From Parabacteroides distasonis (lineage in GTDB: Bacteria; Bacillota_I; Bacilli_A; Acholeplasmatales; Anaeroplasmataceae), in assembly GCA_963623875.1 (NCBI GenBank), contig CAVFNL010000041.1, positions 14,205 to 78,204 of the forward strand: a stretch of DNA of 64,000 bases. Direction: 5' to 3'. The position numbers and the translations under genes were made by a program. This document shows positions 8,666 through 16,792 of this stretch, in pieces (position 1 is the first letter of the stretch; every line of letters begins with the position of its first letter). The notes below the pieces were generated by a model, which saw only the letters and a list, made by a program, of their open reading frames with translations, did no database searches and was not told the origin of the DNA.

Positions 8666-9490
8666 ATGAATAGCAAAACAGTTAAGTTAACAAATAAAAT
8701 AATTATAATCGCAATGTTTACTGCACTTTGTTGTGCCGCAACATTTGTGCAAATAAGGATGCCTGCAGGAGATTTCGTACATTTAGGAAACTTTGTAATG
8801 ATTCTATCGGCATTATTACTTGGTGGTATTGCAGGAGGTATTGTAGGATCTTGTGGAATGGGACTTTATGATTTGATTTTCTATACATCTAAGCCAACTA
8901 CAATCGCAAGAACATTTATACTTAAATTTTTGATTGGGTTTTTAGTAGGATTCATATTTAGACTTATAATAAAGAAAGATATAAACGCAAAAAAAATACT
9001 ATATGTTTTACTAGGACTATTTGTAATACTTACAATTTCATCAACAGTGCTATTTGTATTATCAGATAGATCAAGTTTTGGCGCATCTAATGGATTTAGT
9101 GGTACATTTAATAATATATTTAATTCGAATAAAAAACTTACAATATCACTATATATTCCAATATTTAGTCTAGTATTCTTTATAGGAACTTTATTTGCGA
9201 TTATATATTCAAGTAAATTATCAAAAAGAAGTCTTGCGGTACTTGTGGCAGTTTTAATCGCAATATTTGCGAATGTTATAGGAGAATTTTTATTAAGATT
9301 CTTACTTGAAGGTTTGTTCTTATCATCGTTTAAAACATCCATTATTGTCGCAACATCTAAAATACCTGGTTCGCTTATAACAGGATTTATAACTGTTGTG
9401 TTATCTACACTTGTTTATGAGCCTGTCTATAGAGCTGTAAAGAACAATAATCTATTTGATAATTTTGAAGAAGAGGTGCCAAATGAATAA
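8666..9490 (+). CDS. polytopic membrane protein, ECF-transporter S-component-like (substrate unknown)
   Basis: AAGGAGG SD. 6-7 hydrophobic helices. The N-terminal pattern IIIAMFTALCCAATFVQIRMPAGDFVHLGNFVMILSALLLGG resembles vitamin-type ECF S components. Divergent from a MocR regulator. Confidence 0.5.
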   Translation: MNSKTVKLTNKIIIIAMFTALCCAATFVQIRMPAGDFVHLGNFVMILSALLLGGIAGGIVGSCGMGLYDLIFYTSKPTTIARTFILKFLIGFLVGFIFRLIIKKDINAKKILYVLLGLFVILTISSTVLFVLSDRSSFGASNGFSGTFNNIFNSNKKLTISLYIPIFSLVFFIGTLFAIIYSSKLSKRSLAVLVAVLIAIFANVIGEFLLRFLLEGLFLSSFKTSIIVATSKIPGSLITGFITVVLSTLVYEPVYRAVKNNNLFDNFEEEVPNE

Positions 9491-9713
9491 GTATTTTAAA
9501 TATATAGTTTTAGGATTAGGGTTTGTAATTACTATATTACTGACTATTGGTTTAATTGTATTTAATAAAGGCATTTCAAATGGCTCCATTACATTATCAG
9601 TTAACATGAAAAGACATATTAATAATTTGTTTGGATTTTCGGAAGGACTTGTGGTTTTAAATACTTTTATTGTGTTCTTATTTTTAAATAATAAAGAGTT
9701 AAACGAAGAATAA
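9483..9713 (+). CDS. small two-TM membrane protein
   Basis: ATG 9483 lies after GAAGAGGTG and overlaps the upstream stop by 8 nt. Sequence MNKYFKYIVLGLGFVITILLTIGLIVF... Unknown function. Confidence 0.5.
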   Translation: MNKYFKYIVLGLGFVITILLTIGLIVFNKGISNGSITLSVNMKRHINNLFGFSEGLVVLNTFIVFLFLNNKELNEE

Positions 9714-9730
9714 TACTTCGTTTTCTTTTT
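9702..9730 (+). terminator. rho-independent terminator
   Basis: AACGAAG (9702-9708) / CTTCGTT (9716-9722) stem followed by TTCTTTTT. Confidence 0.7.
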
Positions 9731-9775
9731 ATATTATTAAAAATAGGTTTATAATATATAAAGAAGGTGAACTAT

Positions 9776-11719
9776 ATGCATATTTTATATAATGAAGATT
9801 TTAAAGACTTTCCACTAGAAGAATTTCCTTATGACAACGAACATAGCGCAGTTGGTGAATATCACACAGTAGAATTTAGTGGATATAAAGGAGATTTCTA
9901 TGATCCTATTCAACTTCATCAATGGAGAAGTATGAATGGATCTTGGATAATATCTAATATAAACGGTAAAAGATATTTAAGGCAAAATAGAGGAGACTAT
10001 ACTAAAGGACATTACAGTGATGTTTATAGCATGTTGATTTTTAAAGATTATATTTATGGTCCTTATATATTTGAAGGTGTTATAAGACTCCTTCAAACAA
10101 ATGAAGGGGCAGGTTTTGTGTTTAATTATCTTACTTCAAGATGTTATAATGCGGTCTTGTTCTATGACAATAAAGTTGAACTTGTATATAAAAATCAAGA
10201 TAAGGTAGAAGTACTTAAAACATTTGAATTTAATGTAGATGAATATAAATATTATAATGTTAAAATGATTATTAATGATAATTTTGAACTTTATGTAGAT
10301 GATGAGTTGATATTTAACTCTAAATTAAATTTATTACCATCACATAAAGCAGGAGTATTATCAAAAGTTTCAGCATTATATACAGATTTAATTATCAAAA
10401 TGAGGAATGTTGAATATGAAACTCATCTTAGGAAAAAAGAAGAATATAATGATAGATTAATTGAAAAAAGGAAAAAATATTCTAAATTAAAATTAATAAA
10501 AAAAATAAACATAGAAAATGGTGGGTCTGCAAGACAAATAAGGTTTGGTAAAAAGCAAAATGGTGAAATGTTTTTTGTTTTAGCACAACATCAAAAATTA
10601 ATTATGAGAGATTCTTTTGCTCAAATATCATGCCTTACAGCCTATGATTTTAATGGTAATATAATGTGGCAAATAGGCGAGAATAATAATTCTTATAATA
10701 CAACAGTAATATCATGTGACCTTCCTTTTCAAATAGGAGATTTCAATAATGATGGTATTCCTGAGATAGTATATTCTGCTGATTTTAAAATCATTGTAAG
10801 AAATGCGATAACAGGGGAATTAATATCATCTTATAAAACACCACTTACTGATGAATTGATGAAAGATAGGCCATATAAAAGATTAAATGTTGATGCGATA
10901 AGATTTGCGGACTTTACAGGTAGAGGATATAAAGGCGATTTGATTATAAAAGATAGATATGAAAATGTCTTTGCACTAGATCATAATATGAATATTTTGT
11001 TTAGATATCATTTAAAGAACACTGGGCATTTTCCATATATTTATGATTTTAATAATGATAATAAAGATGAAATGTTTGTAGGATATTCAATGGTTGATAA
11101 CAAAGGCAATGTTTTATTTAGTATGCCTATTGAAAGTGATCACACAGATGAAATAATTTATGCAAGGCTTAAAAAAGATGAAGAAAAGAGATTGTTTTTA
11201 GCTTCAGGCAATGAAGGGTTTAATGTTGTAAACCTTGATGGTAGTATATATAAACATAATGAAATAGGTCATGCACAACGTATTAGCCTAGCAGACTATA
11301 ATAATGATTTAGAGAATGAAGTATGCGTAACATCATTCTGGGGAGCTAATAATATATGTTATATGTTTGATTCTAATCTAAATAAAGTGTGTGAAAAGGA
11401 ATTTATGACAAATGGAATTATAATAACACCTGTAGCATATGATGGTGAACATGTTTTGATTTTAGCTAATTCAAAAGAAGGATTATTAGACTTTGAACTT
11501 GATACGGTAATAGAATTTCCAGATGATGGGCATCCTGTGTTGTGTCAAGATGCAGTAGATATAGATTCGGATGGAATATCAGAAATTTTATTATGGGATC
11601 AAAAACAAATGTATGTGTATAAAGCAGAAGAGTATAAGAAAAATTGTGAGTACGAAGCATATGATGAATGTGCAAAAAGCAATTATAGGGGGGAATTTCT
11701 AATAAAAAAAGATTGTTAA
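9776..11719 (+). CDS. cytoplasmic protein: concanavalin-like (DUF1080-like) N-terminal domain plus FG-GAP/VCBS-type beta-propeller
   Basis: ATG 9776 lies after GAAGG (the ORF track starts at GTG 9767). No signal peptide. Five or more D/N-rich blade loops (IGDFNNDGIPEIVY, IYDFNNDNKDEMFVG, LADYNNDLENEVCV, AVDIDSDGISEILLW). Confidence 0.6.
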   Translation: MHILYNEDFKDFPLEEFPYDNEHSAVGEYHTVEFSGYKGDFYDPIQLHQWRSMNGSWIISNINGKRYLRQNRGDYTKGHYSDVYSMLIFKDYIYGPYIFEGVIRLLQTNEGAGFVFNYLTSRCYNAVLFYDNKVELVYKNQDKVEVLKTFEFNVDEYKYYNVKMIINDNFELYVDDELIFNSKLNLLPSHKAGVLSKVSALYTDLIIKMRNVEYETHLRKKEEYNDRLIEKRKKYSKLKLIKKINIENGGSARQIRFGKKQNGEMFFVLAQHQKLIMRDSFAQISCLTAYDFNGNIMWQIGENNNSYNTTVISCDLPFQIGDFNNDGIPEIVYSADFKIIVRNAITGELISSYKTPLTDELMKDRPYKRLNVDAIRFADFTGRGYKGDLIIKDRYENVFALDHNMNILFRYHLKNTGHFPYIYDFNNDNKDEMFVGYSMVDNKGNVLFSMPIESDHTDEIIYARLKKDEEKRLFLASGNEGFNVVNLDGSIYKHNEIGHAQRISLADYNNDLENEVCVTSFWGANNICYMFDSNLNKVCEKEFMTNGIIITPVAYDGEHVLILANSKEGLLDFELDTVIEFPDDGHPVLCQDAVDIDSDGISEILLWDQKQMYVYKAEEYKKNCEYEAYDECAKSNYRGEFLIKKDC

Positions 11720-11739
11720 CGTTTACATAAAAAAAACTA

Positions 11740-11767
11740 TTGTCAAGCATTTATAAATTTGTATAAT
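11740..11767 (+). promoter_or_regulatory. strong promoter-like element
   Basis: TTGTCA (11740-11745), 16 nt spacer, TATAAT (11762-11767). Confidence 0.55.
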
Positions 11768-11819
11768 ACAAATGTATTCAAATTATTTTGAATCATTCCT
11801 ACAATCTTTTCTTTTTTCT

Positions 11820-11847
11820 ATGCCAACAATAGTTGGCATTTTCTTTT
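11820..11847 (+). terminator. terminator/attenuator hairpin immediately upstream of the methyltransferase SD
   Basis: ATGCCAAC (11820-11827) / GTTGGCAT (11832-11839), a perfect 8-bp stem, then TTTCTTTT. GGAGG SD at 11851 and ATG at 11860. Confidence 0.55.
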
Positions 11848-11859
11848 AATGGAGGTTAT

Positions 11860-12972
11860 ATGTTCGAGAGCGTTGATTTTAGTTCGGTAGAAAAAATTAT
11901 AGTATCAAATCCAAATGATAAAAAACTAAAAAAAATAATTGTTTCTAAAACGATAATTAAAAATAATATTATGTTAAAACATGAACTTTTTACTAAAACA
12001 CAGTCGTTTGTTAAAAATTATTCTTTTGAAGAAATAGATGAAGTTTTAATAAAAGATATGAATGATTTTAGACAAATTGAGATTTGGACTAGTAAAACAT
12101 ATTATGCTTATAAGATAACAGCTAAAGGTAAAGTGCTATCTACAAAGAAAAATATAAATACATCACTTGATGTAAAGTCTATGAATAAAGAGAAGAATTA
12201 TATAATAAAAGAAGGAATGATTTGCCCTGCACTAATTGATTTAGGTGTTATGAATAGTGAAGGTAAAATTATTAAGGAACATTTTGATAAATATAGACAA
12301 ATAAATAAATATCTTGAAATTCTAGATTCAACAATAGGGTATGAAGACAAAATAAATATTGTGGATTTTGGATGCGGCAAGTCTTATTTAACATTTGTTG
12401 TGTATTTTTATCTTACAGAAATCAAAAAAATAGATGTTAATGTAATAGGTCTTGATCTTAAAGATGATGTTATAAAAAAATGCAATGAAATAAAAGATAA
12501 GTATGGATATAAAAATATTACATTTATTAATAAAGACATAAAAGAATTTAGTGAATTAGATAAAATTGATTTAATAATGACACTTCATGCATGTGATGTT
12601 GCGACAGATTTTGCATTATATCATGCGATAAGACTTAAAGCTAAATATATTTTATCTGTACCATGTTGTCAAAAAGAATTAAATGCACAAATAGCAAAAG
12701 ATTCATTTAATATAGTTTCTAAATATGGTCTTTTAAAAGAAAGAATGTCTTCTATCCTAACTGATGCCATAAGAGCTAATATATTAGAATATTATGGATA
12801 TAGAGTTAATGTTTGTGAATTTATAGATTTTGATGCGTCACCTAAAAACGTTATGATAAAAGCTAAAAAGACATCAGATGATTATAACGAAAAAATAAAA
12901 GAGGAAATAGATAAAGTATTAGTTGAATATAAAATACATCAAAAACTTTATGATTTGTGCTTTAAAAAATAA
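11860..12972 (+). CDS. class I SAM-dependent methyltransferase (Methyltransf_32-like)
   Basis: GGAGG SD then ATG 11860. Motif I VDFGCGKSYLT. The LHACDVATD motif is characteristic of this family. The ~150-aa N-terminal extension is of unknown function. Confidence 0.7.
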   Translation: MFESVDFSSVEKIIVSNPNDKKLKKIIVSKTIIKNNIMLKHELFTKTQSFVKNYSFEEIDEVLIKDMNDFRQIEIWTSKTYYAYKITAKGKVLSTKKNINTSLDVKSMNKEKNYIIKEGMICPALIDLGVMNSEGKIIKEHFDKYRQINKYLEILDSTIGYEDKINIVDFGCGKSYLTFVVYFYLTEIKKIDVNVIGLDLKDDVIKKCNEIKDKYGYKNITFINKDIKEFSELDKIDLIMTLHACDVATDFALYHAIRLKAKYILSVPCCQKELNAQIAKDSFNIVSKYGLLKERMSSILTDAIRANILEYYGYRVNVCEFIDFDASPKNVMIKAKKTSDDYNEKIKEEIDKVLVEYKIHQKLYDLCFKK

Positions 12973-12999
12973 AAGAGTTGTGAATTAAGCAACTCTTTT
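12971..12999. terminator. bidirectional terminator shared by convergent genes
   Basis: AAAAGAGTTG (12971-12980) / CAACTCTTTT (12990-12999). The stop of the minus-strand pectinesterase gene lies in the loop. Confidence 0.75.
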
Positions 13000-13890
13000 T
13001 TGCATGTGTTCTAAATATTTTAAAACATCAGTATCATTTAATTTTTTAGCCCATTTAACGAAAGATGTGGTATCTATATTTATATTATAGTATTCAAACC
13101 TTGCGGTTTTATCACGGTTAGTATTATTCCACTTGTCGAAACCATCTTTCATTATAATTCCATCTTCAAAATTAGAATTTATAATTGTTACCTTTCCATA
13201 ATCTCTCCAAGGCCTTGCGATTAGAACTGAATCTTTATTTTCGGCTGTAAATTTTGAATTAATAATAGTGAATCCAAACTCCATTTCTTTTTCATGTGAA
13301 GGAGCAAAGAAGTAGCCGTGGTTATGCGTTTTTACGCAATGGAAATGGCATTTATCAAAAATAGTATCGGATGCGCCAAATACAAAATCAACATCACCTT
13401 CAATGTAGCAGTTATAAAAATAGGATGCTAACCATCTACCACTAAGTTCATCATCTTTTAAGAATCCGATATATTTTTGTTGTAAATTAATAGGTAGTGG
13501 AGCTAAAAATAACGTATCTTGTGCACTTTTTAACGTGGAATTTAATAATTTAAAATTATCGCCTAAAACGTGAAGCGCAACAGCTTGCCCGTATTTTCTT
13601 GATGGCACAGATTTATTTATTATTTCAATATTATCGATTGTAACGTTATCTCCGCTAACCATCATTGTGTATGTTCTAAATGTATTATATTCTTTATTAT
13701 CATCGTGTATTTTTGAATAATAATCTTTGTTTTCTATGATTACTTTTCCTTCACCTTTGATTGTAATGTTTGAAGCAGTAATCTTTACTTTTTCATGGTA
13801 TACTCCTTCACTAATAATTATAGTATCACCACTAGATGAACTATTAATTACTTTTTCTAGTGAATCACCCATATGAATTCTATGCAACAT
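12985..13890 (-). CDS. pectinesterase (carbohydrate esterase family 8), no signal peptide
   Basis: CE8 signatures QAVALHV, AQDTLF, GDVDFVFG and ARPWRDYG. GAGGTGA SD 4 nt before the ATG. Confidence 0.88.
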   Translation of the reverse strand: MLHRIHMGDSLEKVINSSSSGDTIIISEGVYHEKVKITASNITIKGEGKVIIENKDYYSKIHDDNKEYNTFRTYTMMVSGDNVTIDNIEIINKSVPSRKYGQAVALHVLGDNFKLLNSTLKSAQDTLFLAPLPINLQQKYIGFLKDDELSGRWLASYFYNCYIEGDVDFVFGASDTIFDKCHFHCVKTHNHGYFFAPSHEKEMEFGFTIINSKFTAENKDSVLIARPWRDYGKVTIINSNFEDGIIMKDGFDKWNNTNRDKTARFEYYNINIDTTSFVKWAKKLNDTDVLKYLEHMQKRVA

Positions 13891-13944
13891 AAAATCACCT
13901 CAAAGGAATTATATCATTTATGTTTGTAAAAAGATATAAAAAAC

Positions 13945-13973
13945 TTGATTTTTTAATCCTTAAATGATAATAT
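13945..13973 (+). promoter_or_regulatory. promoter P1 (extended -10) upstream of the ABC-importer operon
   Basis: TTGATT (13945-13950), 17 nt spacer, TAATAT (13968-13973), with TG at 13965-13966. Confidence 0.5.
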
Positions 13974-14027
13974 ATTAACGCACTATGAAAAGGCTTACCA
14001 AAAAATGTAAAAGTTTTCATACTTCTA

Positions 14028-14056
14028 TTGACTACCATTTATCTAAATGATAAAAT
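14028..14056 (+). promoter_or_regulatory. promoter P2 (extended -10), near-duplicate of P1
   Basis: TTGACT (14028-14033), 17 nt spacer, TAAAAT (14051-14056), with TG at 14048-14049. Shares CTAAATGATAA with P1. Confidence 0.55.
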
Positions 14057-14059
14057 AAG

Positions 14060-14827
14060 TTGAAAAAAGACAGCAGTGAACTTTTTTGTTGTCCTTTTAA
14101 GAGAGTAATAAAAGCCTTCAAGTGTAATCCTGACATAATAGAGGTGGTTAAAATTTCTTTAAAGAAATATATGATTATCGACCAATTAATATTGGTTGTG
14201 GCAGGGCTAATATTTGAAGTAATTGCGATGTATTTGTACCCAGAAATGTTTGGAGAACAATTGATTCCGTTTTATACTGCATCATTATTCGTTAGTATAA
14301 TTGCAATAGGTAGATGGAATTTAAAAGGTACACCTGTGATTATATTAATGGCTATATTTCCTGTACTAATAGGATTTGTGATAAGGTCTATATTTAATAT
14401 GGATGGAGCACATATCTATAACTGGAGAATGGCTATTGCTAATATTACGAGCTTATTATCAACGCTGATAATAGTTCCTTTTAGGAAAATAAGTAAAAGT
14501 GTGGATATTAAGAAAAATGGTAGTTTTACTATGGGTGTTACACTTGTTGTAATTATTATTGCTTATTTACTGCAAGCGTTAACATATAGTTTAATTACTT
14601 TGACAAATCCAATTGATTATTTAGCAGCACTTGCGGTAGTCAATGTTGGTAACTGGTTTTTCACTATAATAATTATGGCGGTGTTAAGACATCAAGGAAT
14701 TGTTGTAGATGTAAAAAAAGATCTTGTTAATAAAAGAAAAGAAAAAGAACTTGAGAATTTGTACTACTCTAAGTATCGTAATGAAATTATTGACAAGCCT
14801 AATGAAGAGGATTCTTCAAATAAATAA
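14060..14827 (+). CDS. polytopic membrane protein of unknown function, first gene of the ABC-importer operon (start uncertain)
   Basis: Maximal ORF from TTG 14060, which has no SD and sits at or before the predicted P2 transcription start. The true start is more likely near ATG 14171 (MIIDQLILVVAGLIFEV...). Five to six hydrophobic helices. The stop lies 20 nt before the permease gene. Confidence 0.55.
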   Translation: MKKDSSELFCCPFKRVIKAFKCNPDIIEVVKISLKKYMIIDQLILVVAGLIFEVIAMYLYPEMFGEQLIPFYTASLFVSIIAIGRWNLKGTPVIILMAIFPVLIGFVIRSIFNMDGAHIYNWRMAIANITSLLSTLIIVPFRKISKSVDIKKNGSFTMGVTLVVIIIAYLLQALTYSLITLTNPIDYLAALAVVNVGNWFFTIIIMAVLRHQGIVVDVKKDLVNKRKEKELENLYYSKYRNEIIDKPNEEDSSNK

Positions 14828-14847
14828 GAAAGCGGTGGAAATTTGCG

Positions 14848-15879
14848 ATGGGTTTATTAAAAGCAGATGAAAAAGAGCTAGAAGAGTTAGAAAAGCAAAA
14901 ATGGAAACGTGTAGGTAAGACGTTAGTTAAGGATTGGAGATTATATTTATTATTAGTTCCAATGTTAATTTTCTTATTCATGTTTAAATATATGCCTATC
15001 TATGGTTTATTACAAGGTTTTAAGACTTATGATTCAGCAGCAAAATCTGTTATGGATAGTGACTGGAAAGGAGTTCATTATCTACTTCAAATATTTAGAG
15101 CTGATAGTGTAGATACTCAACAATTCTGGGTATCGTTCAGAAACACATTTGTAACGAGTATGTATGGGTTATTGTTTGGATTCCCAATCCCAATTATCTT
15201 AGCACTATTCTTTACAGAAATTAAAAACGGTGGAGTAAGATCAGTAGTACAAGTTTGTTCTTATTTACCTAAATTTATGTCAACTATTGTTACAGCAGCA
15301 ATTATAGCTGTTTGGTGTAGACCATATACAGTTTCAGGAACATTTACATATGCTCCAGGAATTTTACAAAAGTTCCTAGAGAAAGTAAATTTACTTGCTG
15401 GTACTGGTGCTAACGGACATTCGTCAGCTGGTGCTTTGTATGTTCCTAGATTGTTTAGACCTATTTATGAAATCTCAAATACTTGGGAAGGTGCTGGATA
15501 TGGTTCTATAGTATACTTTGCAGCTGCATTAGCTGTATCGCCAACAAATTATGAAGCAGCTAAGATTGATGGAGCATCAAAAATGCAACAAATTAGATAT
15601 GTTACATTGCCTGGTATGACATCTACTCTTGCGATCATGTTAATTCTTCGTGTAGGTAAGATTTTAAGTGTTGGATACGAAAAAGTTCTATTACTTTATA
15701 AAGATTCGACATATGAAACAGCTGATATGATATCAACTTGGGTATATCGTAAGGTAAACACTGCGGCTGACCAACCAATTGGAGTTGTTGCAGGATTACT
15801 TGAATCATTAATTGCAATGGTGCTAGTAATTGGTGCTAATACAATTTCTAAACGAGTTTCTAATACTTCGTTATTCTAG
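14848..15879 (+). CDS. carbohydrate ABC transporter permease (LplB/YesP-like)
   Basis: N-terminus WRLYLLLVPMLIFLFMFKYMPIYGL is typical of LplB-type permeases. EAA loop EAAKIDGASKMQQIRYVTLPGM. Confidence 0.88.
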   Translation: MGLLKADEKELEELEKQKWKRVGKTLVKDWRLYLLLVPMLIFLFMFKYMPIYGLLQGFKTYDSAAKSVMDSDWKGVHYLLQIFRADSVDTQQFWVSFRNTFVTSMYGLLFGFPIPIILALFFTEIKNGGVRSVVQVCSYLPKFMSTIVTAAIIAVWCRPYTVSGTFTYAPGILQKFLEKVNLLAGTGANGHSSAGALYVPRLFRPIYEISNTWEGAGYGSIVYFAAALAVSPTNYEAAKIDGASKMQQIRYVTLPGMTSTLAIMLILRVGKILSVGYEKVLLLYKDSTYETADMISTWVYRKVNTAADQPIGVVAGLLESLIAMVLVIGANTISKRVSNTSLF

Positions 15880-15898
15880 AAGAAAGGGGTAATTATTA

Positions 15899-16759
15899 AT
15901 GAATAGATTAGATAAAAGTGAAATTATATTCAAAATAGTTGCGTACGTAATATTAATATTATTTGCCTTCTGTTGTATTTATCCTTTAATTTATGTAGTG
16001 TCTGTATCAATCTCTGGAAGAGATGCAGTTAACTTAGGTAAAGTTGTTATCTTGCCTAAAGACCTTACGGGTGTAGCTTATAAAGAAACGTTCACTGATA
16101 AGACATTCTGGATGGCTTATTGTAACACAATATTCTATACATTCTATGGTACTTTAGTATCTATGTTCGTAGCAGTAACTGGTGCGTATGCTTTAAGTAA
16201 ATCTAGACTTATGTTTAGACGTGGATTCAACTTTATGTTAGTATTCACTATGTGGTTTAATGCAGGTATGATTCCTACATATAAGAACTTCGAAAACTTT
16301 AATATTAATAACAAATACGGTTATATTATCGGTTTAGGATTTAATGCATTTAATATTGTATTATTAAGAAACTTCTTTGAAACAATTCCTAGTGAAATCG
16401 AAGAAGCAGCAACAATTGATGGTGCAACCGAATTCCAATTATTAACTAAGATTTATATGCCAATGTCTAAAACATCTATGGTAACTGTAACAATGTTCTA
16501 CGCGCTATCTAGATGGAACGGATGGTTCTGGGCTGTTCTATTATTAAACAATGAACGTGACCATCCATTACAAGTATACTTGAGAAACCAAATTAAGGCT
16601 TTAGAGGATTCTGATAGTGATCCTTCTATTATGAAGTATGCACCGCAAACTAAAGAGTTTGCACTAATAATTTGTTCTATCATACCTATCATCATTGTAT
16701 ATCCACAAATGCAAAAATACTTTGCAGCTGGAGTAAATGTTGGTGGAGTAAAAGAATAG
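15899..16759 (+). CDS. carbohydrate ABC transporter permease (LplC/YesQ-like)
   Basis: Six hydrophobic helices. EAA loop EEAATIDGATEFQLLTKIYMPMSK. Confidence 0.88.
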   Translation: MNRLDKSEIIFKIVAYVILILFAFCCIYPLIYVVSVSISGRDAVNLGKVVILPKDLTGVAYKETFTDKTFWMAYCNTIFYTFYGTLVSMFVAVTGAYALSKSRLMFRRGFNFMLVFTMWFNAGMIPTYKNFENFNINNKYGYIIGLGFNAFNIVLLRNFFETIPSEIEEAATIDGATEFQLLTKIYMPMSKTSMVTVTMFYALSRWNGWFWAVLLLNNERDHPLQVYLRNQIKALEDSDSDPSIMKYAPQTKEFALIICSIIPIIIVYPQMQKYFAAGVNVGGVKE

Positions 16760-16792
16760 AAAAAGAAAAGAAAGGAAAAGGTGAAATTTAAT

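Noticed and set aside
8881-9342. 153-aa minus-strand ORF.
   Set aside because: Antisense shadow of the 8666-9490 membrane-protein gene, with no SD or promoter.
13984-14021. 8-bp inverted repeat TATGAAAA-N22-TTTTCATA between promoters P1 and P2 as an operator or RNA hairpin.
   Set aside because: The arms are short and AT-only and the spacer is long. It is not distinguishable from chance without comparative data.
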